Numbered from the stretch's first letter, positions 31,115 to 47,409 are shown. The stretch is DNA of 64,000 bases from the human T2T-CHM13v2.0 reference genome, Homo sapiens (GCF_009914755.1 NC_060932.1); one strand, 5' to 3'. A program made the numbers and translations. Notes: generated from the letters alone by a model not told the origin.

Positions 31115-31483
31115 TAAAATTAAATTATTAATTTAGCAAAGCTGAAACTTTTATTCAAAGATTTTGAGATGGAAGGACAACCCAGACCGTAGCATCCCAT
31201 AAGCTCTACCATGTCTGTGCCCACCAGGAGCAGTGGGTTTCCTGCATCTGTGTGGGGCATGTCTTGCGGAGCCACAGCAGGGACGCTTCTCTAATGCCAG
31301 GACACCCAGCAGTGGCCATCTGTGTGGTCCCAGTTCCCAACTCAGCTGTTTTCACACCGGCCTGTTGAATTTCACTGAGCATTTCTGGCCTTTCCTCCTT
31401 CCCTTGTAAGTCTATACTAAGGGTAGCCTCATCTCCAACCCCAGTTAGCCTCTCATTAAGAGCAATTTTTTTTCCTTTGCCAG

Positions 31484-31565
31484 TGAGAACTATCTAATTC
31501 GTTGGGGCAGTAACGGGATGCCCAAGGAAATAGAGAAGCTCAATAACCTCCAAGCAGTGTTTACA
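31484..31565 (+). CDS. DOCK5: DOCK5 exon 9 (82 nt; [27 protein letters not shown])
   Basis: cctttgccag|T GAG ... TTT ACA|gtaagt. Confidence 0.96.
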
Positions 31566-31825
31566 GTAAGTCCTCCCTTCTGTTTAATCATTCTCTTTGT
31601 TTGTGATATGAGCATATTCACATAATGAATATGTGGAAAACATACAAAATGAAAAGATGAAAGGAAAAATCATCAATCTGCCTAGCAGGAATAACCCACC
31701 CATTTATTCAACATGTACTTCAATGCCAGGCACTGATTTAGACACTTGAGATACATCCGTGAAAAATCGGGGAAAAAAAGCAGCTTTTGTCCTGATTGGT
31801 AAGACACATAATAAACAATAATCAA

Positions 31826-31960
31826 TCCAGGCACAGGGGCTCACGCCTGTAATCCCAGGACTTTGGGAGGCCAAGGTGGGAGGATCACTTGAGCTCAGGA
31901 GTTTGAGACCAGTCTGTGCAACATGGTAAAACCCTGTCTCTACTAAAGAATTTAAAAAAG
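31826..31960 (+). mobile_element. Alu left monomer
   Basis: Left arm only. Confidence 0.85.
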
Positions 31961-31964
31961 GAAA

Positions 31965-32170
31965 AATGACCTTAAAGTACAAGAGGAGTGATGCTGGCAA
32001 TTCGGATATGCCAAAGAGAAGCGTGCTCCCTTTAAGTGAAAAGGTAAAACTTTATAAATACTTATGTATAGGAAAAAACAGCACATATAGAGTTCGGTAC
32101 TGTCTTTGGTTTCAGGTATCCACCAGGGGTCTCAGAGCATATTCATCACAGACAAGGGGGGGCTACTCTA
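31965..32170. mobile_element. MER44-like Tigger-family fragment
   Basis: gtgatgctggcaattcggatatgccaaagagaagc..tttaagtgaaaaggt..aaggggggctact. Confidence 0.75.
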
Positions 32171-32489
32171 TCAATGTGCCACAATATATGTAACTAGTCA
32201 CCTGGAGTCTTTATTTTTCCATTAACAGAAGCCTTGCAGACCTAGAGTAGAAATGCAGGGTGGACGTTATCATTGATGTATATCTTGGAGACCTGAGTTA
32301 ACTAAATTACAGGGGCTGGATTTGGAATGATTATGTTAAAAGTGATTCTTGCTTCAGTAAAGAGAGCTTGGGCAGCTGTTTCATATAACCAATTTGAGAT
32401 GTGATTAGTTTTTTTTCTGAAGTCGAACTGAATGAGAGATATCAGCTCATTCCTGGGTTTACTCACCCATCCTTAAGAAAACAAATAAT

Positions 32490-32622
32490 GGCTGGGCGCG
32501 GTGGCTCATGTCTGTAATCCCAGCACTTTGGGAGGCCAAGGAGGCTGGATCCCTTGAGCCTAGACGTTCAAGGCCAAGGCCAGCCTGGATAACATAGGGA
32601 GACCTTGTCAAAAAAAAAAAAA
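32490..32622 (+). mobile_element. Alu left monomer
   Basis: Left arm plus poly(A). Confidence 0.85.
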
Positions 32623-33230
32623 TACAAACAAGTGTAGAACCCTAGCTGCAAGAGAAATAGGTATTTCATTGACACATCTGTCATGATTCAGTATACACTG
32701 ATAAGCTCTCAATAGAGACCTCTCATAAATCAGGTGAATAGTCCCATAAAGCAGTGCCTGTCTCATAGTTGCCTCATGGGCTTGTTTTGAAGAGGAAATG
32801 AAATGTCACAGACTTGTGTGGATACCCAATAAATGTCAGTGTTACACAAGTTTTTACTTCATTTGATGTTGAAATGCATCCTGTGCTGAGATACGTCCAA
32901 AGATATACAATCGCAATGATGAGGGCCCTGATTTTTCAATACCCTGCTTAAGCTGATGAACTGGAGACTTCCAACGGGCTGTGATCTGATTTGTAAATTT
33001 GAAGTAGGAACTGGGGAACAAAAAAGCACTTGTTTACAAGCACAAAGTCATGTTCTCTGATGCCATAATAGCTCTTGGATGGAGATGGGGGAGAAGAGAG
33101 TCGTTCTAATACTTCAGCATTGAGAAATAAGGTCGGAACAGGATTTTGTTGTAGAGGGTAAAGAAAAAAGAGACACAGGTGACACAGTGGTCCAGCCCCA
33201 CCTCCTCTCACACTTTCTCTGCCCCTTTAG

Positions 33231-33360
33231 GACCTTAGCAGCATGGACCTCATCCGGCCCCGCGTCAGCCTTGTGTGCCAGATTGTCCGCGTGGGCCATA
33301 TGGAGCTGAAGGAAGGCAAGAAGCACACCTGTGGACTCCGAAGACCTTTTGGAGTGGCAG
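33231..33360 (+). CDS. DOCK5: DOCK5 exon 10 (130 nt; [43 protein letters not shown])
   Basis: gcccctttag|GAC ... GCA G|gtacaa; contains the DOCK-family RRPFGVA motif. Confidence 0.96.
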
Positions 33361-33384
33361 GTACAAGAGAGACCCAGAGACAAA

Positions 33385-34002
33385 TGTGAAATAGTGCAGT
33401 GCTGTGGAAAATAGCATGGCGATTTCTCAAAAAATTAAACATGGAACTAGCAAATGATCCAGCTGCCCTGCTTTGAAACAATCAAAAGCAAGGTCTGGAG
33501 GAGATATTTGTGCATCCATGTTTGTAGCAGTATTATTCACAATAGGCAAAAGATGGAAGTAACCTAGGTGCCCATCAGTGCATAAATGGACTAAGAAACT
33601 GTGGTGTGTACGCACAATGGAATATTACTCGCCTTAAACAGGACGGGAATTTTGACTCATGCTACACACAGCGTGGATGAACCTTGAGGACTTTACACTA
33701 AGTAAATAAGTGAGACACAAAAGGACAAATATTCTATGATCCCACCTATATGAGGCACCTAGAGTAGTCAAATTCTCAGAGACAGTATAGAGTGGTGAGT
33801 GTCAGGGGCTGGAGAGGGGGAATGGGGAGTTAGTGTTTAATGGGTACGGAGTTTCCATTTGGGAAGATGAGAAAGTTCTAGAGATGGAAGGTGATGATGG
33901 TTGCACAACAATGTGAATACACGTAATGCCACTGAACGGAATACTTTAAAATGGGCAAGATGGTACATTTTATGTTATGTGTGTTTTACCACAATTTTGA
34001 AA
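33385..34002 (+). mobile_element. L1MB-type 3' end, starting just after exon 10
   Basis: ORF2-end and 3'UTR motifs: catccatgtttgtagcagtattattcacaatag..gatgagaaagttctagagatgg..ttttaccacaattt. Confidence 0.85.
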
Positions 34003-34569
34003 ATAGAGGAAGAGAAGGAGGAAAGGAGGAAGAAAGGTGGAAGAAGGCACAGAGATAGTAAGAGATGGATCACGTTGTCATTGTCAGTATCAGACACGCA
34101 GCATTTACTGCCTGGCACTGCCCGTTTTCTTTGCATGGGTTCTGTGTCCTCACCTGGCCCACGCTCCTTTCTTTCCCCCTTAGTGCCCAACACTGTGTCT
34201 TATACACAATAGAACCTAAGTTGTGACTATTGGAATCCTCCCTGTCTGGGTCTGCGTATTGATTTTAGTGGAATAAAATACTCGCTGGGAAGTGGTTTGC
34301 CAGTCTAGGAAATTTACTCTTCGAAGACAATGTTGTGTTTGTTTCTAAATGCTTTCAGAGATGCTCCTTGGCTTACATCAAACCCCAGAACCTGCTTAAA
34401 CGCCCAGCATCTTCCTCTGTAGTTTGTTCAATTGAGGAAATACATTTTGGGCCTTACATTGACATTTTGGTTGCTCATAGATTGAAAGCGATCAAGGAAA
34501 TGTTATAATTCTGCTCCTGGACCTTTGGTTCCATACTTACTAAAAAGTAACCTGATGTTAAATTTCTCA

Positions 34570-34972
<403 letters not shown>

Positions 34973-35160
34973 TCATGAGTCACTTTTTTGCTGGGCTAGG
35001 TACACTGGGAATCACCATTGGCAAAGAAATTTTAAAAAAGTCCCTGCTTAGTACCTTTCTTCCTGCAGTGTTTGATGTTTGCTGATACTGTCCTTTTCCA
35101 TAGTAACTTACTGAGGCATGAAGCAATTAGTTTCTTTAATGAAGTTTATCTTTTTCCTAG

Positions 35161-35233
35161 TGATGGATATTACTGATATCATACATGGGAAGGTGGATGA
35201 TGAAGAAAAGCAGCATTTTATTCCCTTTCAGCA
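35161..35233 (+). CDS. DOCK5: DOCK5 exon 11 (73 nt; VMDITDIIHGKVDDEEKQHFIPFQQ)
   Basis: tttttcctag|TG ATG ... CAG CA|gtaagt. Confidence 0.96.
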
Positions 35234-35599
35234 GTAAGTACTTTGGCATGTGTCCCAGGTGACTTGAGACCTGGATTAGCCATTCAATTGTCTTTTAACA
35301 CAGAAACAGGTGTTAGAAACCATTTTCTCAGAGAAGGAAAGATTCTAAGCTGCAAGATTGTCAGATAGGAGCTGAACAGAAGACTTTATTCAAAGTCCTT
35401 GATGTTGGACTCCCATTGAAGAGGGTAAACTGAACTTTCCTGATTCTATAGAAAGCATCAAAGGAATATAAAAGGGCACATATCTGTCTGCTCTGGAATG
35501 CAGAGAGGGTGCCGTCCTTGTGTCAGCAATGCCAAAATATATGTGCAGTCTATTGCATGAAACAGGCATCATGGATGACACAGAATCACGTGGGCTAGC

Positions 35600-35730
35600 A
35601 TAGGGCTTCTCAGACTGCATCATGCATATGAATCAGGGGAACTTGTTAGGCTGCAGGGGAGTTCTGCCTCTGACAAGCTCCCAGGTGATGCTGATGTAGC
35701 TGGTCTGAGGGCCACACTGTCTGTAGCGAG
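35600..35730. mobile_element. MER5-like hAT fragment
   Basis: acaagctcccaggtgatgctgatgtagctggtctgagggccacact. Confidence 0.7.
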
Positions 35731-37329
35731 GGTTTAGGAGATGAGAGAGTGAAGGGCTGACCCACCCATGGGCCAGTGTTCCTGCATGTTGGGGGAAAGC
35801 CAGCCTGGGAGCATGTGAAAGGATCCTTGCAGAGCTTTACTGAGGCCCTCCATATTGAGCTGCAGGAGCTGGAGCCATGGGTAGGCCATTGAGGAGCTGT
35901 TGGGAGCAGATTCAAGCCGTGTCACTCTGAAGAAGTGCAGGTGTGAACGTCATGACCTGCTCCAGCACCTGCACAGGCAGTGGAGGCCTAGTGGAGGCCA
36001 AGAGCATTGCCGGGACCAAGTCCCACCAGGGGCCATCGTGCCAGTCAGAGGGCATCATCTCAGCTCACTTGCAGCTGCCACTGCAGACAAGTAGAACAAA
36101 CTGAGAATTCCACAAACCAGCCAGAGTCATATATTTGAGTTAATATATCACTTTTTACAAATGATATCACAAATTAGTGGAGAAAGATACATTATGCAAA
36201 AAAAAAAAAAAAAGGTTTTTGGAGAAAGTTAGCTAGCCATTTAAGATCCCGAAGTTAGATTCCAGTCTCACAACTTATGCCAGTGTAAATTTTAGATGAT
36301 TAAACATACAACTGTAAGAGCTAGAATCTTAAAATATTAACGGGAAAATAGAAGTTTTATGTGGTAGTCATGGGAGGGAGGCCGTTTTAAAGATTCAGCC
36401 AAAAAAAGAAAAATTGATAGGTTTAACCACCCAAAAACTGTAAAGAACTTAATACATAGAAAAAAATCGATACAGTCTTTGCACTGTGTTTGAGAAAGGA
36501 TGAATATTTGTAATATATAAAGAATTAATAGAAATTAATAAGGACATGAAGGGAATACACACACATACAGAAATGGTGTTGTACATTTATTGAGGATGAG
36601 TGAAATGCAAATCGAAACATCAAGGTTTATTTTTTATCTTGACCACACTTTAGTGTTTGGGTAGATATAAGGAGACATACATTACTTATAGAGAATATGA
36701 ATTGTTACAATGCATTAGAAGTCTTAAAATTTAGATATTTCAAAAAATGTACTCCATGATTAACAGTGATTATTTCTGTTGATGTAACTCTTGGTGATTT
36801 TGCTCCTGTTTTTGTTTTCCTGTTGTCTGTTTTTTATACAAAAAATATGTATTATATGTAATATATAAAATATAACAATTTTAATCTTTCAATGTTAAGT
36901 CCACACCTTCGGACCAGTTTCTAAACATAATAGTGCAAATAGCCCATGCTAAGTAGTACTTGTCTCTTTTATCCAGAGGCTGCTATGAATTATTTTTTTA
37001 AAATATGGCCATTGCACTCCATCCTGGGTGACAGAGCCATACGCTGTCTCAGATAAAATAAAATATAAGGTAAAAATAGATAAAATAAAATAGTTAAAAA
37101 ATAAAATGCACTTACCTTGTATGCTACCACCTATATATTGACCTTCCAAGACGAGACAAATATTTTATGTAGCACAGTGCTAAAGTTAATTGTGTGATAA
37201 CTTTCATCTCCATGAATGCTGCTCTTGTTTTGTGCATAATATAAAACACTGCATGCACATACCTATATAAATATGTATTGTATAATATATAAATATGTTT
37301 AAGTATATTTAATAAACATGTTGAATTTA

Positions 37330-37667
<338 letters not shown>

Positions 37668-37699
37668 TTAATTACATTTATAAATATGCTAAATAAAAT

Positions 37700-38404
37700 A
37701 CAATCATGCATCACTTAATGGCAGTGATACGTTCTGAGAAACATGTCACTAGGCTCTCTTGTCATTGTGTAGACAACATAGAGTGTACTTACACAAACCC
37801 GGAATATATAGACTACTACACACCTACGCTGTATGGTATAGCCTATTGCTCCTAGACTGTAAACCTGTCCAGCAAGCTACTGTACTGAATACTGCAGGCA
37901 GTTGTAACACAGTGCTATTTGTGTCTTTAAACATATTTAAACATAGAAAAGGTAATGAGTTGGGCTGAGATGTTAAAACAGCTATAATATCACTAGGCAA
38001 TAGAAATGTTTCAGCTCCATTAATAATCTTTTTTTTTTTTTTGAGACGGAGATTTGTTCTTGTTGCCCAGGCTGGAATGCAGTGGCGTGATCTCCGCTCA
38101 CTGCAACCTCACCTCCTGGGTTCAAGCAATTCTCCTGCCTCAGCCTCCTGAGTAGCTGAGATTACAGGTGCATGCCATTACACCCAGCTAATTTTTCTAT
38201 TTTTAGTAGAGACGGGGTTTCACCATGTTGGTCAGGCTTGTGTCAAACTCCTGACCTCAGGTGATCCACCTGCCTCGGCCTCCCAAAGTGCTGGGATTAC
38301 AGGTGTGAGCCATCATGCCTGGCCAGCTCCGTTATAATCTTATGGGACCATGGTCATCTAGGCAGTCTGTCATTGACAGAAACATTGTTAGGAATATGAC
38401 TGTA
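37700..38404. mobile_element. Tigger3/MER7-like element interrupted by an antisense AluS (38029-38323)
   Basis: caatcatgcatcacttaatg..gatacgttctgagaaa..tatgggacca..atgactgta; Alu TSD cagctcc..ataatctt. Confidence 0.8.
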
Positions 38405-39688
38405 TATTGAATAAATATAAATGTACCATATATATTATAGTACTATGAATGTGTTATATTTGTATTTAAGATTATATGTACATAATAGGAGTGACCTTCA
38501 TGGATATGAAAGGTGTCTGAAACAGCCATCTGTATATTTGCTGGTGGTGATGTGCCTCCTGCTTAATTTCTGAACCAGCTTTCCTCCAGCAACCATATCA
38601 CAGTACTTAGTCCTGAGATTGTCCCCACTGTATAATCCGTGCCTTGAGTCCCTGACGAACCCTGCCTTAATTTCATTACTGCTCACTGTGCAGCCAACAG
38701 CCGCAGTGGAGTATTCATGATGCAGACTGCAGCCTCTGGCATTGAATGCCTAAGATTTATGGCAAGCGCTACTATAATCTACTTCAAAAACTTTACAGTG
38801 TTTTCCAGTAGGAGAGTGTTGTATGTATATTCTGCAAGTCCATTTAGAGAGAATCATTTGTAAAAAACAGGAACTCAAGACTATAGCAATCCCATTTGCC
38901 AGTCACATATTGCAGTGTGTTTTATTGTCAGGGTACAGGGAACCCTGCAGAGAAAACTGGCCTACATGCAGTGGACAGAGGAGACAGGAGACTATTGTAC
39001 TGCACCAGGCCGATGTGCAGTTGCTTATAGTGCTTCTGCCTTCAGTAGAATGGAGGCTGTATTTGGTTCTTTGATCGCCCTTTACAAGCCGCAGCCTGAT
39101 AAGGTCACTCAAGTGGAGCCTGTTTGGCAGCACCCATGCCAAGATCTAGCTTGTCATCACATGGAAATCTGAGAACATCTACCAGACACCAGGCATATAC
39201 ACTGTGCTCATATATAGGGGGTTGACACTAGACAGGAGCCTTAACAGGCATGCGATCCCAGCCCATCTCTTACAGATGGAGAAACTGAGGCCCAAAGGGA
39301 GCCTCTTGCAGAGCTCACTATCAAGCAGAAGTAGACCTGGGGGCTCCTGCCCCTTCCGTGGGTGCTCTGTCTTCAATTCTATTGCAGCAGCCTCTTCTGC
39401 CTCTGAAAGAGCATGGAGTGTTGCCTCTGATTTTAGTTGCTAACCGTTGGTCACCAGTTTTGTGTACTCTTGGGTTTTTTTCCTCCGTCTTTGCCTCAAG
39501 TCATTTCCAAGGTGAATTTAGTATTTAAGATGACACAAAATGGAAAAATAAAGGAAAGATAGAAAGATAGGGGTACTTAGTGTTGATATCTCCAAATTAT
39601 TCCTATATGACTCACCATTATCTGAGGTTGTGCTGCAGAGACTTCCTTTCTCCCCCTCCCACCTTACCTCTTATTTCTCTTTCCCAAG

Positions 39689-39831
39689 AATTGCGATGGA
39701 AACCTACATCCGCCAGAGGCAGCTCATCATGTCGCCTTTGATAACATCACACGTGATTGGGGAGAATGAGCCACTCACTTCAGTCTTGAATAAAGTGATT
39801 GCAGCAAAGGAAGTGAATCACAAAGGGCAAG
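39689..39831 (+). CDS. DOCK5: DOCK5 exon 12 (143 nt; IAMETYIRQRQLIMSPLITSHVIGENEPLTSVLNKVIAAKEVNHKGQ)
   Basis: ctttcccaag|A ATT ... CAA G|gtacag. Confidence 0.95.
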
Positions 39832-40081
39832 GTACAGTCCAGTGCCAGAGCTGGGAGGGACTCTGCTGAGGGTGGGGGACATTCACAGCTGGGTCCTTGG
39901 ACTCCTGCCCTTTATTATCTTTCTCTGATACAAAACAGCCTCTGCTGGGGACCGTCCCCCTCAGCTTCCAACCACAGGCTTTTAATACTGAACTGCATTG
40001 AGATGCACCCAGCGGTGATTTGATCACAGTTGTGTTTTGTAAATTCTTTGGAACAAATTTTTATCCCATGAGTCTTTACTC

Positions 40082-40388
40082 TTTATTCATTTATTTATTT
40101 ATTTATTTTTGAGACTGTCTCATGTTGTCACCCAGGCTGGAGTGCAATTGCATGGTCTTGGCTCACTGTAGCCTCCACTTCCTGGGCTCAAGCATCCTCC
40201 TACCTCAGCCTTCCAAGTAGCTGGGACTACAGACATGTACCACCATGCTCAGCTAACTTTTAAATTTTTTGTAGAGATGGAGTCTCACTATATTGCCCAG
40301 GCTGGTCTCAACTTCTGGCCTTAAGTGATCCTCCCACCTTGGCCTCCCAAATCCCTGGAACTTTAGGTATGAGCCACCGCCCCTGGCC
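40082..40388 (-). mobile_element. AluJ
   Basis: Full dimer. Confidence 0.9.
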
Positions 40389-40589
40389 TCCATGTTTTTG
40401 CCTACCCTTCATTCCCAATGTCGACCCTAGATAATAATTATGCTCTATTCTGAATAAGTTTATCCCATCACATTTTTTAAAATTGAGAGGAAGGAAACCA
40501 AAGTAATACAGATGAATATGTATTAATACAAAATAATGTAAAAATTGTAGTTTTTAGTATCTCCATATCATGTTCTGTTGATAGAGTGT

Positions 40590-40748
40590 GTTGGTGCACA
40601 CCTGTAATCCCAGCTACTGGGAAGGCTAAGGCATGAGAATTGCTTGAACTCGGGAGGCAAAAGTTTCAGTGAGCCGAGGTGATGCCACTGCATTCCAGTC
40701 TGGGCAACAAAGTGAGACTCTGTCTAAAATAAAAAAAAAAGAAAGAAA
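40590..40748 (+). mobile_element. Alu right monomer
   Basis: Right arm plus A tail. Confidence 0.85.
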
Positions 40749-41312
40749 GACAGAAAAATGGTTTGTTCTCAGAGGTTTAATAGCTATACACTTCTTTTTT
40801 CTTTTAACATTCTGCCTTCTTTTTCTATGTAATTCATTATTGGGAATTTAATGAAAATACAAGATGGGAAATTAAATTTTCTTAAGTAGCAAGAAAATAA
40901 TCCCAGCATATTCATGTAATTATTGGATTTTTTTCATGATTTGTTATGCCTCTTTTGCCATATATTAAATTGCTATATACTATAGTGTTTCATTGTTTCA
41001 TGTATATATCTTTTTTACCCCTAGGATCACAGATGGTTGTAGCTTTACTATATATTCTGGTATCTGGTAGGGTCTATCTTTACCCCTTTTTTCCCCCAAA
41101 GTTAGCATCTGTTCACATCTCTGTCAAATTCTCAAAGAGGTCCTGTTGTGATTTTAATGGAAGTGTCATTAAAATTATAAGTCAACTGGGGGAGAATTTA
41201 CATCTTTACAGTAAGGTTGTGACTATACAACTCAAATGTTCTTCTCACCAGTTACGCATGTGTTTTATACATCATACAAAGAACTAAACGTTTATCTTTT
41301 ATTTCTTTTAAG

Positions 41313-41438
41313 GCCTTTGGGTATCCTTGAAGCTCTTGCCCGGTGACCTCACCCAGGTTCAGAAGAATTTTTCACACTTGGTTGATAGATCAACAGCAAT
41401 AGCCCGGAAGATGGGCTTTCCTGAAATCATACTGCCAG
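41313..41438 (+). CDS. DOCK5: DOCK5 exon 13 (126 nt; [42 protein letters not shown])
   Basis: ttcttttaag|GC CTT ... CCA G|gtaagc; [10 protein letters not shown] motif. Confidence 0.96.
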
Positions 41439-42166
41439 GTAAGCACTTTGCATGGCTCACCTGTTTGCTTCCTCCTGTTCAGCGATTATTTCTTATTGGA
41501 CGGTGGAGGCAACTTGGATCCAGAAGACTTGGTTATTTACATTCATTGGTCCTGAGACACCTGGGACACAAACAGAGACACCTGCAATACTTAAACACTT
41601 AGGTGCTTTCTAATTTGTCATTATTACAAATATAAAAACCTCTGCTCTGACTATCCTTACCATGAAGTCTTTTCCACGTTTAAGACTATCTCCCCGAGAA
41701 AATTCCTGGAAGTTGGATATACAGTGTGCAAGTACAGTACACTGATATACGGTGTGCAAGCCCAAGATAATGCTTTTAAACATAACTCAAATTTTCTTAC
41801 TCTCTCTTTTACGCAGACTCTCTCAAATAGCACAGGGTGCTCTGTTCAGGAGACTAATTGGCCTCATTTGTGTGTCCCTTTCTTGTTATGACATCCCCAG
41901 CATGTGGGCGCCTTGCTCTCTCCATTCTCTGAAGCTCCAAAAGCGCTCTGGCTCTCCCTGTTCTTGTTGTGACAAGAATGTCAGCATTTTCCTGTTTCAT
42001 CTTCTTTCTAGTGATCTGCATATGTGTGTGTTCTCTGGAATTTGCTGACTTCGCCCATTTAATTTTAATCTCCATACTAAGAAAAGGGAATTGGTCCCTT
42101 GAATTTTATACATATTGCTATAAACTAATTGATATTAATAGAAATTCTAGAAAAACAACCATGGCT

Positions 42167-42517
<351 letters not shown>

Positions 42518-42545
42518 CTATTGCACAAAAATTCAGGTTATTTTA

Positions 42546-42848
<303 letters not shown>

Positions 42849-43376
42849 TTATTTTAAAGTAATACAAAATCTTATTTCTCCTTTGAGAAATTAAGGGGCA
42901 GTGATAACTTGTTGCTGCCCACATTGTCTACATGTAGTGGGTCTTAAATGAGTATTTGTGGAAGGAATGAATAAAAATGTTATAAAATGGAGATCACTCT
43001 TTTTTCCTTTTCTCATAAAAGAAGATAGTTTTTTGCTTATTTTGTCCATTACATAGCTATTTTACCCTGATATACATTCATCAACATTCTGGGAAAATGT
43101 TTTGTCTTCTTGTTAAGGAAAAAAAAAATTAGTAGTAATATTCTCTACCTGAAGGTTGTTTTACTACTACAACAAGACACAAATCTGAAAAAATAAAGTA
43201 GAGAAGTTTATTCTTTGATCAAGGTGACAGCAGGGTTGGCTTCTCCTGAGGCCTTTGAATAAGGTGAGTTTACCTTTTAAATCTGGCTTGTAAAAGAACA
43301 TTTAGTTTTGTTTTGTTTTTTAAGTCAATAGGATTGGTTCATAGGATGCCAAGGGCTACATTGGTTTTAAAATTCA

Positions 43377-43854
<478 letters not shown>

Positions 43855-43859
43855 TCATC

Positions 43860-44015
43860 TAGAACAATGGTTTCCAGTGCTAGTATGTGGATCAGCTAAT
43901 CAAGATCTCCTTGAAGATCTCCTTGAAAATACAGATTCCCAGATTTCTAGAGACCGATTCAGAGCTCCCAAGGTGATCTGGTGGTGAGTCAGGTCTGAGA
44001 AATTCAGGTCTAGAC
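43860..44015. mobile_element. MER5-like fragment
   Basis: tagaacaatggtttcca..aaatacagattcccag..ctgagaaattcaggtctaga. Confidence 0.6.
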
Positions 44016-44472
44016 CCAACTCCCTGGGCTCAGAACTCCTTCCTGTTGTCCCATCACCACGTGAACTCGTTCCAGTTGCCTCCTAAACTCTTCCCTGTAC
44101 CCCCTTGCCCTCTAGCAAGGAGCTTTGACTCTCGTCTTCAGCATCGCAGGAGTGATTCTGTCCACGCTCTTTCTCTGTTCTCACCTCTGCCAGCCCCACT
44201 CCAGCCTCTCAAGAGTAGCTCTCATGAGAGTCACCCATGATCATGGTATCGCTACATCTGATGGGAGTTTTCTAGCCTAGCGATCAACTCTGACCTCTCA
44301 GCAGCATCTGACATTGTTGAAATATTTCCTTCCCTTCTCATTGGTGACCCCTCACTTTTCTCTGCTTCTCCATTTCCCTGGGGCTTCTGCTAGAACCCCT
44401 TTGCCACCTTCTCATATTCTGCTTCACCTCTAAATGTTGAAGTTCCTTGTTATTTGGTCCTGAGACCCTGTG

Positions 44473-44855
44473 TGAGTGTGCTTGGGCTGCCATAGCAAAA
44501 TACCACGGACTGGGTGGCGTCAACAACGTTTATTTTCTCACAACAAAGGACAGGGACTGGAAATTCAACACCAAGGTGACAGCAGGGATGGCTTCTTGTG
44601 AGGCCTCTCTCCTTGGCTTGCAGATGGCCATCTTCTCCCTTCGTCTTCACTTGGTTGTCCCTCTGTGCATGTCTGTGTCTTAATCTCTTTGTATGAGGAC
44701 ACCAGTCATATTGGATTAGGGCCCACCTATATGACCTCATTTTACCTTACTTACTCTTTTAAAGGCCCTATCTCCAAATACAGTCATATTCTGCGTTACT
44801 AGGGGTTGTGGCTTCAGCATATGAATTTGGGGAGGACACAGTTCTGCCCAGAACA
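44473..44855 (-). mobile_element. MLT1-type MaLR LTR inserted in L2
   Basis: gggctgccatagcaaaataccac..ggacaccagtcatattggattagggccca..ggggaggacacagttc. Confidence 0.85.
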
Positions 44856-45012
44856 GCCCTCTGTCTCACCTGTGTTTTCTCCCTAGGGGTATCATCCACT
44901 CACTTGGCTTTCATCTGCCTGTCACCTTCAAATCTGTAGCTCCAGGACCAAGACCTCTTTAATGAATTCTAGGACCCTATAGCCAGCTATTTCCTGCCTC
45001 AGGACTCCCCTC

Positions 45013-45323
45013 TTTTTTTTTTTTTTTTTTTTTTGAGGCAAGGTCTTGCTCTGTAGCGCAGGCTGGAGTATAGTTGTGTGATGATAGCTCACTGTAAGCC
45101 TCGATCTCCGAGGCTCAAGCAGTCCTCCCACCTCAGCCTCCCAGGTAGCCAGGACTACAAGCATGAGCCACCACATCTGGCTAATTTAATTTTTTTTTTT
45201 TTTTTGTAGAGATCAAGTTTCATTATGTTGCCCAGGCTAATCTTGAACTCCTGGGCTCAAGCAGTCCTCTTGCCTCTGCCTCCCAAAGTGCTGAGATTAC
45301 AGGCATGAGCCACAACACTCAGC
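45013..45323 (-). mobile_element. AluJ
   Basis: Full dimer. Confidence 0.9.
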
Positions 45324-45436
45324 CCCTCCTTGCTTTAATTGGCTAATTCTTACTCAGCATCCCCATTTGGACCTCATAATTCTGTGCATCTAGGCCTGAG
45401 GCACCTCTCTTGTGTTTTATCTAAGAAAATAGCACC

Positions 45437-45694
45437 TCCATCCATTCATCCATCCATCCATCCACCCACCCACCCACCCATCTATCATCCATCCACCCAC
45501 CCATCCACCTACCCATCCACCTACCCATCCAACCGTCCACCTATCTATCTAACCGTCCACCTATCCAACCTCTATCCATCCATGTATCTATCCATCCATC
45601 CATCCATCCATCCATCCATGTACCCAACCTCTATCCACCCATCCATCCCTCCCTCCACCCACCCACCCATCCATCCACCCACCTATCCATCCAC

Positions 45695-45695
<1 letters not shown>
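45437..45695 (+). repeat. Degenerate (CCAT/CCAC/CTAT)n tetranucleotide array
   Basis: Visible directly. Confidence 0.95.
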
Positions 45696-46342
<647 letters not shown>

Positions 46343-47409
46343 ATATAAAAATTCTTAATTTGCCCACCGGCCTCAGGGGGATCTGACTTATATCTGTCTC
46401 TACAGCCTCATCTCACACCAGACACCCCCTCACTGTGAGGATGTCAGTCAGGTTGTCTCCTACCTCTGGGCCTTTGCACAGGCCACTCTCCCTGACTGTG
46501 CTAACAGCTGAAAGGAAAGATTCCCATACCCTGCAGACGAGGTCAGGACCTGGTATTGTGCATTCACAGAGCCTGGCACATTCCTCCATTGCTAATGGTG
46601 GGTTTACTTGTGCAGATTATTTGACTGGTGCTTCTCTCTGGCACCAGACTGTAACCTGAGTTGGGGCAAGGCTGGTGAGTGGCTCACCATCGCCACCCAG
46701 ACACCCAGCACACGCCTGCTGCAGAGTAGGAGCTCAAGCACTTTTTAAAATGAATGTTACCTCCATTACGTGATTATACCATAATTTATTCAACTAATTC
46801 CCTGTGCTTGGAAATCGAGACTGTTTCCATGTTTCCACTTTTATAAACACCGCAATGAATATCCTTACAGATAAATTATTGCCCACATTTTTAATACTTT
46901 GAGACAAATATTACCAGTGGGATTGCTGTATTAAGACTTTTGACACATTTTCAGTTTCTCCATTGACAAAGAGTGTGTCAAGTAAGATTTCAAACTGTGC
47001 TGTGTGAATAAGCCCCTTTTTCTTCATCCTCAGCAAGTGATAAGCAGTATCTTATTTTTTTCCAGTTGAGGAAATGATGAAAACGATCAGTGCTCTAAAT
47101 ATGCACTCCTGTTTTCTTATAGTGTTAAAAGGTTTTGTTTTTTACATTGGGTGGCAGTTTAATATAGTGCAGGTGTTGGAATCATTTTTTCAATACTTTT
47201 TTCATCTAGGAGTTTAATATACTTCACATTTATTCCAAGTTTCTTTTATGTACCTCAATAACATTTAATATTTTTCTTCAATATGTGGGCCACACATTTA
47301 TTAATTAAAATTTTTTTTGCTGGGTAACAAAAAAGAAAAAGAGCAGCAGAAAGCATTCTTTCATTGATAAAATCAAGTAAACTGATTTAAAGAAATAAAA
47401 AGTACTCTA

